A DNA stretch of 60,293 nucleotides. Source: a virus. Taxonomy: Duplodnaviria; Caudoviricetes. The translations under genes were made by a program, and so were the position numbers. This document shows positions 38,620-48,377 of the stretch, piece by piece. The DNA lies in IMG/VR virus record IMGVR_UViG_3300044796_000664, positions 1 to 60,293 of that record. One strand, 5' to 3'. Within the stretch, counting starts at the first letter, position 1. Each line of letters starts with the position of its first letter. The notes below the pieces were generated by a model, which searched no databases, had not been told where the DNA came from, and saw nothing but the letters and a program-made list of their open reading frames with translations.

Positions 38620-40386
38620 TCACAGAACCAGCAGGCCGCGCTCCTCATAAACGGAGCGGCGCGCCTCGGGATTGGTGGCCATCACGGTCACCGCGTTGAG
38701 CAGCGCCATGGCGGGGTCGATCTTGGCGTCGCCGGCGTTCTGCTTGGTCGCGCGGATCGCCGTGGCGGTGGCCTCGATGCGCAGGTTGCCGACGCACCAG
38801 TCCATCATCCCCTGGTCGGCATGATGCAGGGTGCCGTTGGCGAGCTTCCGCTCGGCGGTCTTCAGGGCGTTCATCATCGCGAAGCCCTGGGGCGCGCCGA
38901 TGACGTAGTTGCGGCCGTTTTCGCGGTTGTCCTGCGTGATCCCGACGGCATCCAGCGCGTCGATCAGCTCGCCGAGGCCGGCTGGGTCGACGGCGACGCA
39001 GACGAGCAGGCCGGCGTCGCGGATCTGGACGATGATGTCGACGATCTGGGCGATGTCGGCGGGCCAGCCGCCTTCCATGGCGCCGTCCTCGAGGATGACC
39101 AGGTCGCCGGCGGCCTCGAAGTCCAGCAGCTTGCTCTCGATCGTCTGGCGGCGATCCAGGATGATGCGGTGGCCCCAGGCGCGGCCCCAGGACAGCCAGC
39201 GCTTGATGCGCTTGACGCCGTTGGCCGGCTCCTGGATCTCCTCGGGTGCGGCTTCCGCGGGGACCTCGATCGCCTGCGTTTCGCGCCCCAGGACATTCAT
39301 GCCGTAGAGGTCGTCGAGGCCGCCGCCGTCCAGGCCGACCACGATCGCCTCGCAGCGGGCGATGATGTTGGCGAGGGTGATGCGGCGCTCGGCGCGGGCC
39401 TTCCAGAACTCGGCGCCGGCCCAGCCGTCGGAGCGGGACGCCATGCCGGGCTCGACGTTGAGGTGCTTGGCGAGGAAGGACTGCCGCCCGCCGGGCGAGC
39501 GCAGCGACTTGCTCAGCTCCTCCTTGAGCCACTCGAAGTCGACCGAACGGCCGATGTTGGGGTTGGTGACGTAGAAATATTCCGGCCGCAGGAACTCCTG
39601 GGCCCGGACCATTTCCGGCGGGAACTCATAGATCACCGGCAGGCTGCGCGGGTCGTCGACCTTGCCGTCGCGGACGTCCCGGAAGTATTCCAGCTTGGCC
39701 TTGAACACGCCCGCCGGCGGCTCGTCCGACTGGGTGGTCAGGTAGATGATGAAGCCTTCCGGCCGCGAGACCAGGCCGCCGGTCGCCTCCCGCAGCATCG
39801 AGTCGGCGCCGGCGCGCTTACCGAACATCCACAGCTCGTCGATCAGGACGAAGGCGGCCTTCTTGCCGGCGACCACGTCCGAGTCGGCCGCGACCACCTT
39901 GAGCACCGCGTTGGTGATCCGGTGGGTGATGGTGCGGGTGTGCTCCTGGACGCGGAGAAGGTCGGACAGCTCGGCGTCCTCGGCGACCATGTCCTTGGCC
40001 GGTCCGAACGAATTGTTGGCGACCTCGATGGTGGGCGCGAGGATCAGCAGCTCGGCCGAGTGGCGCCAGTTGCGGATCAGCGCCGTGACCATGATGCCGG
40101 CGGCGATGGTGGACTTGGAGTTCTTCTTGCTGATCAGCAGGAAGAACTCGCGGATCAGGCGCCGGGCGTTCGCGGCGTCATAGGAGCCGAAGATCGCCGC
40201 GACGAACTCGAAGACGAACGGCTCGCAGGCTTCCCCGAAGGTCGGCTTGCCGGGCGCGTCGACGATGCGCAGCGACTTGAAGACGTTGAGCGCCGCCTCG
40301 GCCTCGTCGGCGAAAAGCGGGCTCGGGATCAGCGATCGGCGCTCGACGATCCGCTCGCGCCAGTCGAGGCAGGCGGTCGAGTGCAT
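38620..40386 (-). CDS. terL: Terminase large subunit
   Basis: ISKKNSKST Walker A, LIDELW Walker B, GLDGGGLDDL, KIDP. Confidence 0.95.
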   Translation of the reverse strand: MHSTACLDWRERIVERRSLIPSPLFADEAEAALNVFKSLRIVDAPGKPTFGEACEPFVFEFVAAIFGSYDAANARRLIREFFLLISKKNSKSTIAAGIMVTALIRNWRHSAELLILAPTIEVANNSFGPAKDMVAEDAELSDLLRVQEHTRTITHRITNAVLKVVAADSDVVAGKKAAFVLIDELWMFGKRAGADSMLREATGGLVSRPEGFIIYLTTQSDEPPAGVFKAKLEYFRDVRDGKVDDPRSLPVIYEFPPEMVRAQEFLRPEYFYVTNPNIGRSVDFEWLKEELSKSLRSPGGRQSFLAKHLNVEPGMASRSDGWAGAEFWKARAERRITLANIIARCEAIVVGLDGGGLDDLYGMNVLGRETQAIEVPAEAAPEEIQEPANGVKRIKRWLSWGRAWGHRIILDRRQTIESKLLDFEAAGDLVILEDGAMEGGWPADIAQIVDIIVQIRDAGLLVCVAVDPAGLGELIDALDAVGITQDNRENGRNYVIGAPQGFAMMNALKTAERKLANGTLHHADQGMMDWCVGNLRIEATATAIRATKQNAGDAKIDPAMALLNAVTVMATNPEARRSVYEERGLLVL

Positions 40387-40859
40387 CAGTTGAACAGCTT
40401 AGGCGCCGCCGGCGGGGCGTATTTGCCGCCAGCCGAGGCCACCGAAGCGGCGGCGTCCTGGCGCTCTTCCTTCTTGCCCTTGCGCACGGCGGTCGGACGC
40501 GGAGACGGGCGCTCGCGCTGTTTCAGCGCGTCTGCGGCGCCGTGCTTGTCGATCTCGGCGAGGTAGGCCTTCGCCGCCGAGACGTTGCCCTTCTGCGCCT
40601 GGGTCGCCAGGGCGCCGAGGACCATCGCCCTTTGCCGGGCGGGCCCCTTGCCCAACTCCGGCCGAAAATATTTGCGGAGCGTGGGAGCGCTGATGCCCAC
40701 CGCATCGGCGATGTCGTCCTGATGCATGCCGCCAGCGGCTAGAACCTCAACCTTTTCATAGACTTCAGCATGGAAACGCAGCTTGCGACGCCCCCGCTTG
40801 TCCGGCAACGGCCGCAGCGGCTCCCCCAGCAGGTCAGTCGGCTCAGGATCTTCGGCCAT
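40386..40859 (-). CDS. terS: Terminase small subunit
   Basis: HTH QDDIADAVGISAPTLRKYF; GNVSA; directly upstream of terL. Confidence 0.8.
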   Translation of the reverse strand: MAEDPEPTDLLGEPLRPLPDKRGRRKLRFHAEVYEKVEVLAAGGMHQDDIADAVGISAPTLRKYFRPELGKGPARQRAMVLGALATQAQKGNVSAAKAYLAEIDKHGAADALKQRERPSPRPTAVRKGKKEERQDAAASVASAGGKYAPPAAPKLFN

Positions 40860-40965
40860 CGAAAAAAACTCTCCGCGTGCGGTCCAACGCGGTTGCTGGT
40901 GCCTGGCGCGGCCCGAGCGAAACCCCCTGGGGGTCCATCGGCCTATGCCATCCGCTGGAGCCGGG

Positions 40966-41301
40966 TCAGGCGGTGCGACGGTCGGCGCGCGCCGCCGCGG
41001 TCTTGGCTGAGTGGTGGGCGCCGCACAGGCATTCGCCGTTGGCGGGATCGAAGAGCGCGCCGCCGTCGCGGATCTCGACCTTGTGGTCGGCGAACATGCG
41101 GTTGCGCGGCTGGGCCTTCCAACAGCGCTTGCCATTGTCCACCGCCTCGCAGCGGCCACCGGCGCGGGCGATCACCGCCTCGCGCCAGATCCGATACTCG
41201 GCGGTCTGGTAGACTGGCAGCACGGTCTTGGGCGGAGCCTTGACCCGGCGCACGTCGAGCATGCCGATCAAAGGCTGAACGATCGCTAGCCTCTGGCCCA
41301 T
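40966..41301 (-). CDS. HNH endonuclease (cos-packaging accessory)
   Basis: ADHKVEIRDGG...NGECLCGAHHSAKT. Confidence 0.85.
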   Translation of the reverse strand: MGQRLAIVQPLIGMLDVRRVKAPPKTVLPVYQTAEYRIWREAVIARAGGRCEAVDNGKRCWKAQPRNRMFADHKVEIRDGGALFDPANGECLCGAHHSAKTAAARADRRTA

Positions 41302-41323
41302 CGGATACTCACCTAGCGGGCAT

Positions 41324-41355
41324 GAAAAAGCCGCCACGCACGTCCGGGCGGCTTC
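41324..41355 (-). terminator. Terminator-like hairpin at the head of the late operon
   Basis: Minus strand AAGCCGCC...GGCGGCTTTTTC. Confidence 0.55.
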
Positions 41356-41406
41356 AGGCGCTGTTCTAACAGCTTGGCGTTTGATCGGCTGATTTGGGGA
41401 CCGGCG

Positions 41407-42177
41407 TCAAGATACTTTTTTTGGCCGCCTGGGCGGGTTGATCGCGGCGTCCAGCGCGATGATCAGGGCCGCCAGGTCAAGGCGCATCGACTTCCCACCT
41501 CCGCCCAGGGAACTGAGCAACGCCCCCTCGGCCGCGATCGCCCGCAACGCCCGCAGTCCCCTCGCGCCAGCGCCCGGCCTCGCCATCACGGCGTGCTCGA
41601 CGTCATCGCGCCGTTCGGCCGCCTTGATCCTCAGCCCCAGCGCCGCCTCCGCCCCGCCGGAACCGACCCGTTCGCCCAACTGCGAGCGCAGCCCGGCGGA
41701 CAGATATTCGCACATCTCCCGGTAGGCCAACCCAGCATCCAGCCTGGCGCGCGCCGCCGCCCACGCGGCCAGGGTCGCGGTCGGATCGGCCGCGCGTTCG
41801 CTCGCGCTCATGCCGGTCAACCGCCCATCGTCGAACAGCGCCGCCAGACCGTCCCGGCCGTGACAACGCAGGCGTCCATCCAGGCGCTCGACCTTGGACC
41901 CGCGCGCCTGTTCCAGCGCCACGGTCTCCGCGATCGCCGATCCCAGTTCGAGCAGGACTTCGCGGGCGATCTGCTGGGCTCGCGCCTTCTCCCGCTTGGT
42001 CCCCCGTTGCAGCGCATAGGCGTGCCGCAGCTTGCTCAACTGATCGCGGCCCAGCGCCAGCGAGGCGGCGTCCTTCAGCAGCCGACCGACCAGGGTCTCG
42101 CCCGCGCCGACTTCCATCGCCACCGGCCAAGGCCTGGAAGTCGCCACCCTGTTCTTCCTCACCGCTGCGCTCTTCAT
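41407..42177 (-). CDS. Putative late-gene regulator
   Basis: Position between replication and packaging modules; function inferred only from synteny. Confidence 0.5.
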   Translation of the reverse strand: MKSAAVRKNRVATSRPWPVAMEVGAGETLVGRLLKDAASLALGRDQLSKLRHAYALQRGTKREKARAQQIAREVLLELGSAIAETVALEQARGSKVERLDGRLRCHGRDGLAALFDDGRLTGMSASERAADPTATLAAWAAARARLDAGLAYREMCEYLSAGLRSQLGERVGSGGAEAALGLRIKAAERRDDVEHAVMARPGAGARGLRALRAIAAEGALLSSLGGGGKSMRLDLAALIIALDAAINPPRRPKKVS

Positions 42178-42320
42178 TTTTTAGATCTCCACCCCTGACC
42201 TAGACCTACCCAAACACACCGCACCGACCCGCACTCACCCACCCACAGACACACAGACGGACACACGCCCGTCCGCATGTGAGCCGCGCGCGACGCGCGC
42301 CTGTCAGCACGAACCCGGGA

Positions 42321-42477
42321 AACTGTCCTGACTGTCTGTAACTGTCTGTTTGCTCATGATTTCAACCGCTTAGAGCACAGACAGTTTTCCGCCGCACAGA
42401 CAGTCAACCGTCTGTGCTTGCGAGCGGCTCTTAGAAAGCCAGCCATCAACTGTCTGTACTGTCTGTAACTGTCTGTG
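42321..42477. repeat. Iteron cluster, putative replication origin
   Basis: Seven ACTGTCTGT copies in both orientations (42331, 42341, 42377rc, 42396rc, 42449, 42458, 42468) plus variants, just downstream of the helicase gene. Confidence 0.8.
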
Positions 42478-42496
42478 GTCTGGGCGCGCCGGGCCA

Positions 42497-44062
42497 TCAC
42501 CAGTGCTCCCGATCCGCGATGTCGGGATCGATCGGCGCCGAAAAGCCGCCGGAGCTCGGAGGCGGATTGAACGGGTCCTCGGCCAGCTCGCGCGCGTCGC
42601 CGCTCGCCCGTAGCCGCCCGCCCTTGCGCATCAGCTTGCCGTGGCTGTTCTTGCCGTCGCGCAGGATCTGCAGGTCGCCCAGCGCCCGGCCGAAGGTGGT
42701 CTGGGTCATCGGCCGCTCATGGCCGTTGTTCTCGCACCAGGTCTTGTAGTCGTCGTACAGCTCGCCCGCCGGCGTGCGCGCCGTCGGATCAATGATCAGC
42801 CGCTCGGCCTGCCACTCGGCGAACGGATTGGCCCCGCGCCGGTAATCCTCGATCGCCTGGGTCACCAGCGCCGGCGTGGTCAACCCATCGCGCATCCAGT
42901 CCAGCACACCGGCCACGATCCAGTTGAGGATGCCGCTGGCCTCGCCGCGCAGCTTTTCGGGCAGATCGAGGTCCATGTTCTCGGGCGCGAGCTGGTGCTC
43001 GAACAGCACAATGCGGATCCGCCGCCAGATGCCGTCGTCGGTGTCGTTGATCACCGGCCGACGATTGCACTCCAGCACCACCTTGCAGATCGGCTGGAAC
43101 TCGAAGATGCCCTGGCGCAGCTCGCGCGCGGCGACATTGCCGCCGCCGGTGAACGACTTGATGGCCGCGCTGGCCAGCTTCGCCCCGCCCGGCGGCTCGG
43201 CGGTGCAGACCATGCGCGTATCGCCGGCCAGGCGCGCGATGTCGGGACTGGCCTCGCCGCTCTTCTTCAGCCCCGTGTCGAGGAAGGTCTCCACCGCCGA
43301 GCTGCAGGCGTAGCTGCCCAGCACGGCGCGGATCGCATTGACGAAGGTGGATTTGCCGTCGCCGCCCTTGCCCTGCAGGATCACGAACAGCTGCTCCTTG
43401 ACCGACCCAGTCGCGGCGTAGCCGAACAGGCCGCGCAGATAGGCGCGCATCTCCTCCCGCGGCTGGCAGAAACTAATCAGCCCATCGAACTGGGGCGCCT
43501 TGGCCGCCGCATCATAGGGCGCGGCGCACATCCGGGTGAGCCGATCAGCCGGGTCATGCGCCTTGGCGAACTTCACCGTGACCTGGCCCTTGGCGTCACG
43601 CCGGAACTTCAGCGTCCCGTTAGCCACGTTCAGCGTCAGCGGCTGCTGGTCGAAGGCGTCGAGCGCCACGGTCAGATAGCTGGCCGCCTGGGCGAGCATG
43701 GCCGCCGACGATCCGCTGGAGCCCGACCGCTGCACGAAGTCCCACCAAGCCTTCGACGAATTGCCGGCCTTGATCGCCTCCGTGGTTTGCCCGATCAGCC
43801 CGCGCGCCACCTTGTGCGCCCAGCGCCTGGCCAGGTCTTCGCCGGCCTCCAGATCCCAGAACCGCCCGTTGAAGGCGATCCAGCCCCGGTTGCGCAGATA
43901 GAGCAGCTGGGCCGATTGGTGATTGACCATGCCCTCGTCGTCGAACATCCCGCCGACCAGCCGGATCAGCCGCATGGCGTTGCCGAGGTCGTTCAGCGGA
44001 AAACCGGCCAGCTCCTCGGGCGAGGGCGCGCCGGAAAAGGCGAAGGAGCCATCGGCGCTCAT
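42497..44062 (-). CDS. P4/D5-family SF3 helicase
   Basis: NDLGNA, GKGGDGKST, CNRRP, DDGIWRRI. Confidence 0.92.
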   Translation of the reverse strand: MSADGSFAFSGAPSPEELAGFPLNDLGNAMRLIRLVGGMFDDEGMVNHQSAQLLYLRNRGWIAFNGRFWDLEAGEDLARRWAHKVARGLIGQTTEAIKAGNSSKAWWDFVQRSGSSGSSAAMLAQAASYLTVALDAFDQQPLTLNVANGTLKFRRDAKGQVTVKFAKAHDPADRLTRMCAAPYDAAAKAPQFDGLISFCQPREEMRAYLRGLFGYAATGSVKEQLFVILQGKGGDGKSTFVNAIRAVLGSYACSSAVETFLDTGLKKSGEASPDIARLAGDTRMVCTAEPPGGAKLASAAIKSFTGGGNVAARELRQGIFEFQPICKVVLECNRRPVINDTDDGIWRRIRIVLFEHQLAPENMDLDLPEKLRGEASGILNWIVAGVLDWMRDGLTTPALVTQAIEDYRRGANPFAEWQAERLIIDPTARTPAGELYDDYKTWCENNGHERPMTQTTFGRALGDLQILRDGKNSHGKLMRKGGRLRASGDARELAEDPFNPPPSSGGFSAPIDPDIADREHW

Positions 44063-45219
44063 GCCATCCCCCGCGCCAGCAGCTCGTCGTTGAAGTCACG
44101 CCCCAGTCCCGGCGCGATCGTGCGAACGGCGTTCGCCGGCAGGCCCGGACAGGCGCGGCGCCAGGCCTGCGTCGCCAAGCCGGCGCAGATCCGCGCCCGC
44201 TCCTCCGCGTCGATCTCGCGCTGATAGCTGCCGCCGCTGGCGCGCCGGGCCTTGACCTTGATCGGGCTCATGTCGCGGTCGACGGCGACGATCACCTCGC
44301 CCCAGGGCCACTTCTCATCCGCCGGCCAGGTGAAGACCGGCCGCTCGGGATCCAGCGTGATGCACTCCGGATCGATCCGCCCCCATTGGTCGGGCAGCCA
44401 TACCCCCTGCAATCGGCCCAGCGACAGCGTCGCCACCAGCCGGCAAGGCCAGCCGGTCAGCATCCCCGCTGACAGGGTCGATTCGATGCCCTCGCCGACG
44501 ATCAGCGGCGCGCGCGACCCGCCCGGCCCCGCCAGCCAGGCCGCGCCCGGCGCTCCAGCCAGACTCTGCGGCCCCAGCATCCGCTTGGCCGGCGTGCGCC
44601 CGCTCTTGCGGCCATCGCGGGCCAGATAGGTCAGATGCACCCCGCCGGTCAGCCCGCCGGGCGCGCGCAGCTGGGCGACCATGGCCGGCAGCCAGATTCG
44701 CGTCCCGCCCTCGTCTTCGCCCCAATAGGCGTTCGGATGGAACCGCAGCCGCGTCAGGGCCGCCCTGGCGACCGGGCCGACGATCCCGCGCCCGGCCAGA
44801 TAGGCCTCCGCCAGCGTCCCGCTCGCCGGGACCGCCTCGCGCCAGATGCGCACCGCCGCGTGTGCTGTCGCTCCAGTCGGCGAAATGGCCGCCGGCGCTG
44901 AGCGAACCGGAATCGGCCGCGTGACCCCCGCCGGCGCCGCGCCCACCAGGCGTTCGGCCGCCTCGCGGGGCGTTCCGCCGCGCAGCCGCTGCTCCAGATC
45001 GATCACGTCCCCGCCCAGGCCGCAGGCGAAGCACTTGAACACCCGCGCCTCCGGATCGACCGAGAACGCGCCGTCCGACCGCTTGCCCTTGGACGCCCCG
45101 CACAACGGGCATTCCCCGCGCATCCGCCGCCCGGCGCGGAACAACGTCCCACCGGCGACGGCCTCGATGCTGGCCTCGCGCGCGCGATCGAACAGTTCGG
45201 AAAGGTCGGGAACCGTCAT
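44059..45219 (-). CDS. Primase (CHC2 zinc finger + Toprim)
   Basis: CPLC...FKCFAC, GVHLTYL, VGEGIES, DRD, DFND. Confidence 0.88.
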   Translation of the reverse strand: MTVPDLSELFDRAREASIEAVAGGTLFRAGRRMRGECPLCGASKGKRSDGAFSVDPEARVFKCFACGLGGDVIDLEQRLRGGTPREAAERLVGAAPAGVTRPIPVRSAPAAISPTGATAHAAVRIWREAVPASGTLAEAYLAGRGIVGPVARAALTRLRFHPNAYWGEDEGGTRIWLPAMVAQLRAPGGLTGGVHLTYLARDGRKSGRTPAKRMLGPQSLAGAPGAAWLAGPGGSRAPLIVGEGIESTLSAGMLTGWPCRLVATLSLGRLQGVWLPDQWGRIDPECITLDPERPVFTWPADEKWPWGEVIVAVDRDMSPIKVKARRASGGSYQREIDAEERARICAGLATQAWRRACPGLPANAVRTIAPGLGRDFNDELLARGMA

Positions 45220-45234
45220 CTGGCCCCCATATTT

Positions 45235-45284
45235 TCGGACAAAAACGCCCGATTTATCTTGACCGTCGGACAATTATGCCCGAT
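45235..45284. promoter_or_regulatory. hicAB promoter with two palindromic operators
   Basis: TCGGAC-N6-GCCCGA twice (45235, 45267) flanking TTGACC. Confidence 0.6.
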
Positions 45285-45292
45285 AGTCTCCT

Positions 45293-45500
45293 CATGAAAC
45301 GCGAAGCCTTCCTCCGAGCCCTCAAAGCCTACGCCAAGGTGAACGGCCTGGTCTTCGATTGGGACGCCACCCGCGGCAAAGGCGGCCATGGCATCGTTAC
45401 GGTCGGCGAGCATTTCACAACGGTCCCCAGCGGCGAGCTGAAGACCGGCCTCAAGTTCGGCATCCTCAAGCAGCTTCATCTGCCCAGGGATGCGGTCTGA
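45293..45500 (+). CDS. hicA: HicA family toxin (ATG at 45293-45295 region)
   Basis: 68 aa; RGKGGH motif; ELKTGLKFGILKQL. Confidence 0.85.
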
Positions 45501-45557
45501 TGGCCCGCCGCGAGACCAGGCCCCAGTCAGGGGGCCAAGCAGAAACGGAGTCCAAGC

Positions 45558-45974
45558 ATGTTTGCCCTGACCTATCCCGTGGAGGTCGAAGAAGCCGGCC
45601 CGGCTGATTTCGTCGCCACCTTCCCCGATGTGCCCGAGGCCATCACCGGCGCGGAAACGCGCGAACAGGCCCTGGTCCTGGCCTCCGAGGCCCTGGCTGT
45701 GGCCATCGAGCACTATCTCGAACTCGGCCGCGCCGTTCCGCCGCCGGCGGAGCGACCCGACCTGCCGCAGGTTCCGCTGGAGCCGGCGATCGCCGCGCGG
45801 CTGCTGCTGATCCAGGCCATGGCGCATCAGGGCCTCAGCAAGGTCGCCTTGGCGGCCCGCATGGGCGTGGACGAGAAGGCCGCGCGCCGCATCGTGGCCG
45901 GCCGCAACGTCACTCTGGACCGCACCCTCGACGCCTTGCGCGCCGTCGGTGTGCATCCCGCCCTGGCGGTCTGA
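45558..45974 (+). CDS. hicB: HicB family antitoxin with C-terminal HTH
   Basis: FVATFPDVPEAITGAETREQAL...EAL. Confidence 0.9.
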   Translation: MFALTYPVEVEEAGPADFVATFPDVPEAITGAETREQALVLASEALAVAIEHYLELGRAVPPPAERPDLPQVPLEPAIAARLLLIQAMAHQGLSKVALAARMGVDEKAARRIVAGRNVTLDRTLDALRAVGVHPALAV

Positions 45975-45979
45975 GCGGC

Positions 45980-46672
45980 TCATTCGCCGCCCCCGAACAG
46001 CGGCGCATCCTCGCCGCGCGCGAACCGCTGGTCGCTCGGCCGCGTCAGGCGCGCCTTGGCGCCCGGCGCGATGCCCATCAGTTCGGGCGGCATCGACGCC
46101 CGGCCCTTCCTCCAGATGAACCAGGCGTAGGCCGTGGCGCTCGACGCGCTCGGGTCATAGCGGCCCTTGACCATCGGCACCCGCTCGGCGAAGGGCGCGC
46201 AGACCGCCAGGGGCGTGTCGCCATAGAACAACGGCCACCGCCCCCCGCCCTCCAGGAACACCAGCCGCAGCAGCATCGCCACCCCGCGCCGCGCCCTGGG
46301 CAGGGCCGCGCGGACGAAGGCCTCGCCATCGCGGAACGGTGGGTTGGTGACGATCCAGTCCCAGCGACCGCCGGGCAGGTCGCCATTGATCGGCGCGTCG
46401 CCGATGAAGTCGAACACCGCGCCAGCCCCATAGGGGTGGATGTCCGAGCCGGCGACCTGGCCGAAGTAGTCCTTCAGCCCGTGCATCATGTGCCCCTCGC
46501 CGCACGCCGGCTCCCAGCAGGTCCACGGGCCGCCCGGATCGAGCCGGCTGATCAGCTCGCCCCCAGCCCGCGCCGCCCACGGCGGGGTTGGGAAGAAATC
46601 CAGATCCTCCGCCCGCGTCTGCAGGCGCTGGGCCATGACCGAGGTGAAGCCCGCGGGCCGATCGCTGCTCAT
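45980..46672 (-). CDS. Phage amino (N6A/N4C) DNA methyltransferase
   Basis: DFFPTPPW, WEPACGEG, IVTNPPF. Confidence 0.85.
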   Translation of the reverse strand: MSSDRPAGFTSVMAQRLQTRAEDLDFFPTPPWAARAGGELISRLDPGGPWTCWEPACGEGHMMHGLKDYFGQVAGSDIHPYGAGAVFDFIGDAPINGDLPGGRWDWIVTNPPFRDGEAFVRAALPRARRGVAMLLRLVFLEGGGRWPLFYGDTPLAVCAPFAERVPMVKGRYDPSASSATAYAWFIWRKGRASMPPELMGIAPGAKARLTRPSDQRFARGEDAPLFGGGE

Positions 46673-47349
46673 TGGGCGACCTCGCCGGGTTGGCGCAGGG
46701 CGACGGGCGGCCAGGGTAGGCCGTGTTGTTTGGCCAGGGCGGACGCCGGACCATAGGAGGCGAAGTCGCTGGCCCAGCCGAGAAACCGGGAGACCCTCGC
46801 CGGTTTCAGCGACAGGTCGGTCAAGGCCAGATAGGCCAGGATGGCGCGCGCCCGCTTGCGCTCATTGAGCCGCTGCCGCCCGGTGCCAGGGGGAATGACG
46901 ATCTCCGCCGCCGGCATCCCGGTCACCTCGGCCACAGCCGCGCAGAGCCGGTCGAGCGGCGCGGGTGGTTTGGGTTTCCGCTTCCCCCGTCCGTCATCCC
47001 GGCCGGAGCGCAGCGGAGTGCCGGGACCCATTCCGTGGGCTTTCGGCGGGTCGCTCTGCTTGGGCGAGATCTCGGAATGGGCCACCGGGACAAGCCCGGT
47101 GGTGACGGTCGAGGTTTGGCCGGGGATGACGGCCTTGGGCGCCGGCAGCGCCAGCACCCGCGCCGTCCTCGGCCGCTCCATCACCGCCTCCCCGATCATC
47201 GCCGAGGGCGTCGTGCTCCTTGCGAACGGCGGCGGGGCCGCCCTCCGCGCTCGTTCCGGCAAGCTCGCCGAGCGGAAGCCGCCCTGGGCCATGATCGCGG
47301 CGACGTGGCGCGCGTCCTTGGCCGGGTCGATCAGGCCTTCCTCGCTCAT
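46669..47349 (-). CDS. Protein with DnaA C-terminal-like HTH
   Basis: LCAAVAEVTGM...RARAILAYLA...SLKPARVSRFLG. Confidence 0.6.
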   Translation of the reverse strand: MSEEGLIDPAKDARHVAAIMAQGGFRSASLPERARRAAPPPFARSTTPSAMIGEAVMERPRTARVLALPAPKAVIPGQTSTVTTGLVPVAHSEISPKQSDPPKAHGMGPGTPLRSGRDDGRGKRKPKPPAPLDRLCAAVAEVTGMPAAEIVIPPGTGRQRLNERKRARAILAYLALTDLSLKPARVSRFLGWASDFASYGPASALAKQHGLPWPPVALRQPGEVAQ

Positions 47350-47969
47350 GCCGCCGCCCTTTCGACCAGGCGCCAGGGCAGGCCTTCGCCCGCCCGCGCG
47401 ATCACCCCGGCGCGGCGCAGTTTGGACAGCGGGCCGCTGAGATGGCCGGGTGGCACGCCGACCCGCCGGCCCAACTCACTGGGCGCCAGGCCGTCCGCGC
47501 CGGCGCGGGTCAGCGCCTCCAGCACCTTCGCCTCGAGCCGCACGTAGCCTTCAGCCAGCCGGGCGTTGGTCCCCAGCCGCCCCCAGGCGTTGATCCCGCC
47601 GCGCTCGATATGCTCGATCAGCCCGTCCGCCTTCATGGCCACCAGGATCGGCCCCAGCTCGATCGGCCCCACCCCCAGCGCCTGGGCCAGGGTCAGCGGC
47701 GTGCGCATGTCGGCTTCGAGCAGGCCGAGGATCCGCGCCTCGACCTCCTGGCGGCTGACCGCCCGGCGTTCGGCCGCCGCCGCCCGCGCTGCGTGATGGC
47801 TCGGTCCGGGATCGCCGGCGGCGAAGTTCGCCAGCCGCGTGAACGGCGGGCCGCCCACCCGCTCCGGCCGCGGGGCCAGCCGCGGCGAGCGGAATCCGCC
47901 CAGCGCGCGCACGGCCGCGACATGGCGCGCGTCCTTGTCCGGGCAGATCATCGCCTCGCTCGTCCCCAT
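47346..47969 (-). CDS. Tandem winged-helix protein
   Basis: Two wHTH-like repeats (LAQALGV..., ELGRRVGV...LSKLRRAGVI). Confidence 0.65.
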   Translation of the reverse strand: MGTSEAMICPDKDARHVAAVRALGGFRSPRLAPRPERVGGPPFTRLANFAAGDPGPSHHAARAAAAERRAVSRQEVEARILGLLEADMRTPLTLAQALGVGPIELGPILVAMKADGLIEHIERGGINAWGRLGTNARLAEGYVRLEAKVLEALTRAGADGLAPSELGRRVGVPPGHLSGPLSKLRRAGVIARAGEGLPWRLVERAAA

Positions 47970-48026
47970 GTCCCCGCCTCTTTCCCCGTCACCACCGGGC
48001 TTGTCCCGGTGGCCCAATCCGAATCC

Positions 48027-48377
48027 TCAGTCGTCGATGTCCGCCCGATGCCGCCGCTCCGGCTCGGCCGGCTCGCTGGCGTTGAGCACGCCTTCCGCCC
48101 ATTCGGCCATCCACAGCACCGAAGCGGCCAGCTCGCGCCGCTCCTGCATGGTCGGCTGATGCGCCATGGCGTCGGCCAGCCCGGCGAAGGCGCCGAAGGC
48201 GTAGATCTGCCCCGGCCGATCGGTCGGCGGCAGCCAGGCCGTGCGCACCGCGTCGCGCGCATGCTCCTTCAGCTCGCCAGGCAGTGCATCCGGATCGATC
48301 GCGGCCAGCTTGGCCGCCCGCACCAGCCGCCTCCAGCGGGCGCGGAAGTGATCGCGTTCCCACTGGACGACACTCAT
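48027..48377 (-). CDS. Hypothetical protein
   Basis: Coupled ORF in the early-left operon. Confidence 0.6.
   Translation of the reverse strand: MSVVQWERDHFRARWRRLVRAAKLAAIDPDALPGELKEHARDAVRTAWLPPTDRPGQIYAFGAFAGLADAMAHQPTMQERRELAASVLWMAEWAEGVLNASEPAEPERRHRADIDD

Noticed and set aside
40860-40965. cos site between HNH and terS
   Set aside because: Position is plausible but no specific cohesive-end sequence can be identified by eye
42190-42260. Possible second GGT-NN pentamer array on the minus strand
   Set aside because: Periodicity is irregular and short; better explained as origin-adjacent strand skew
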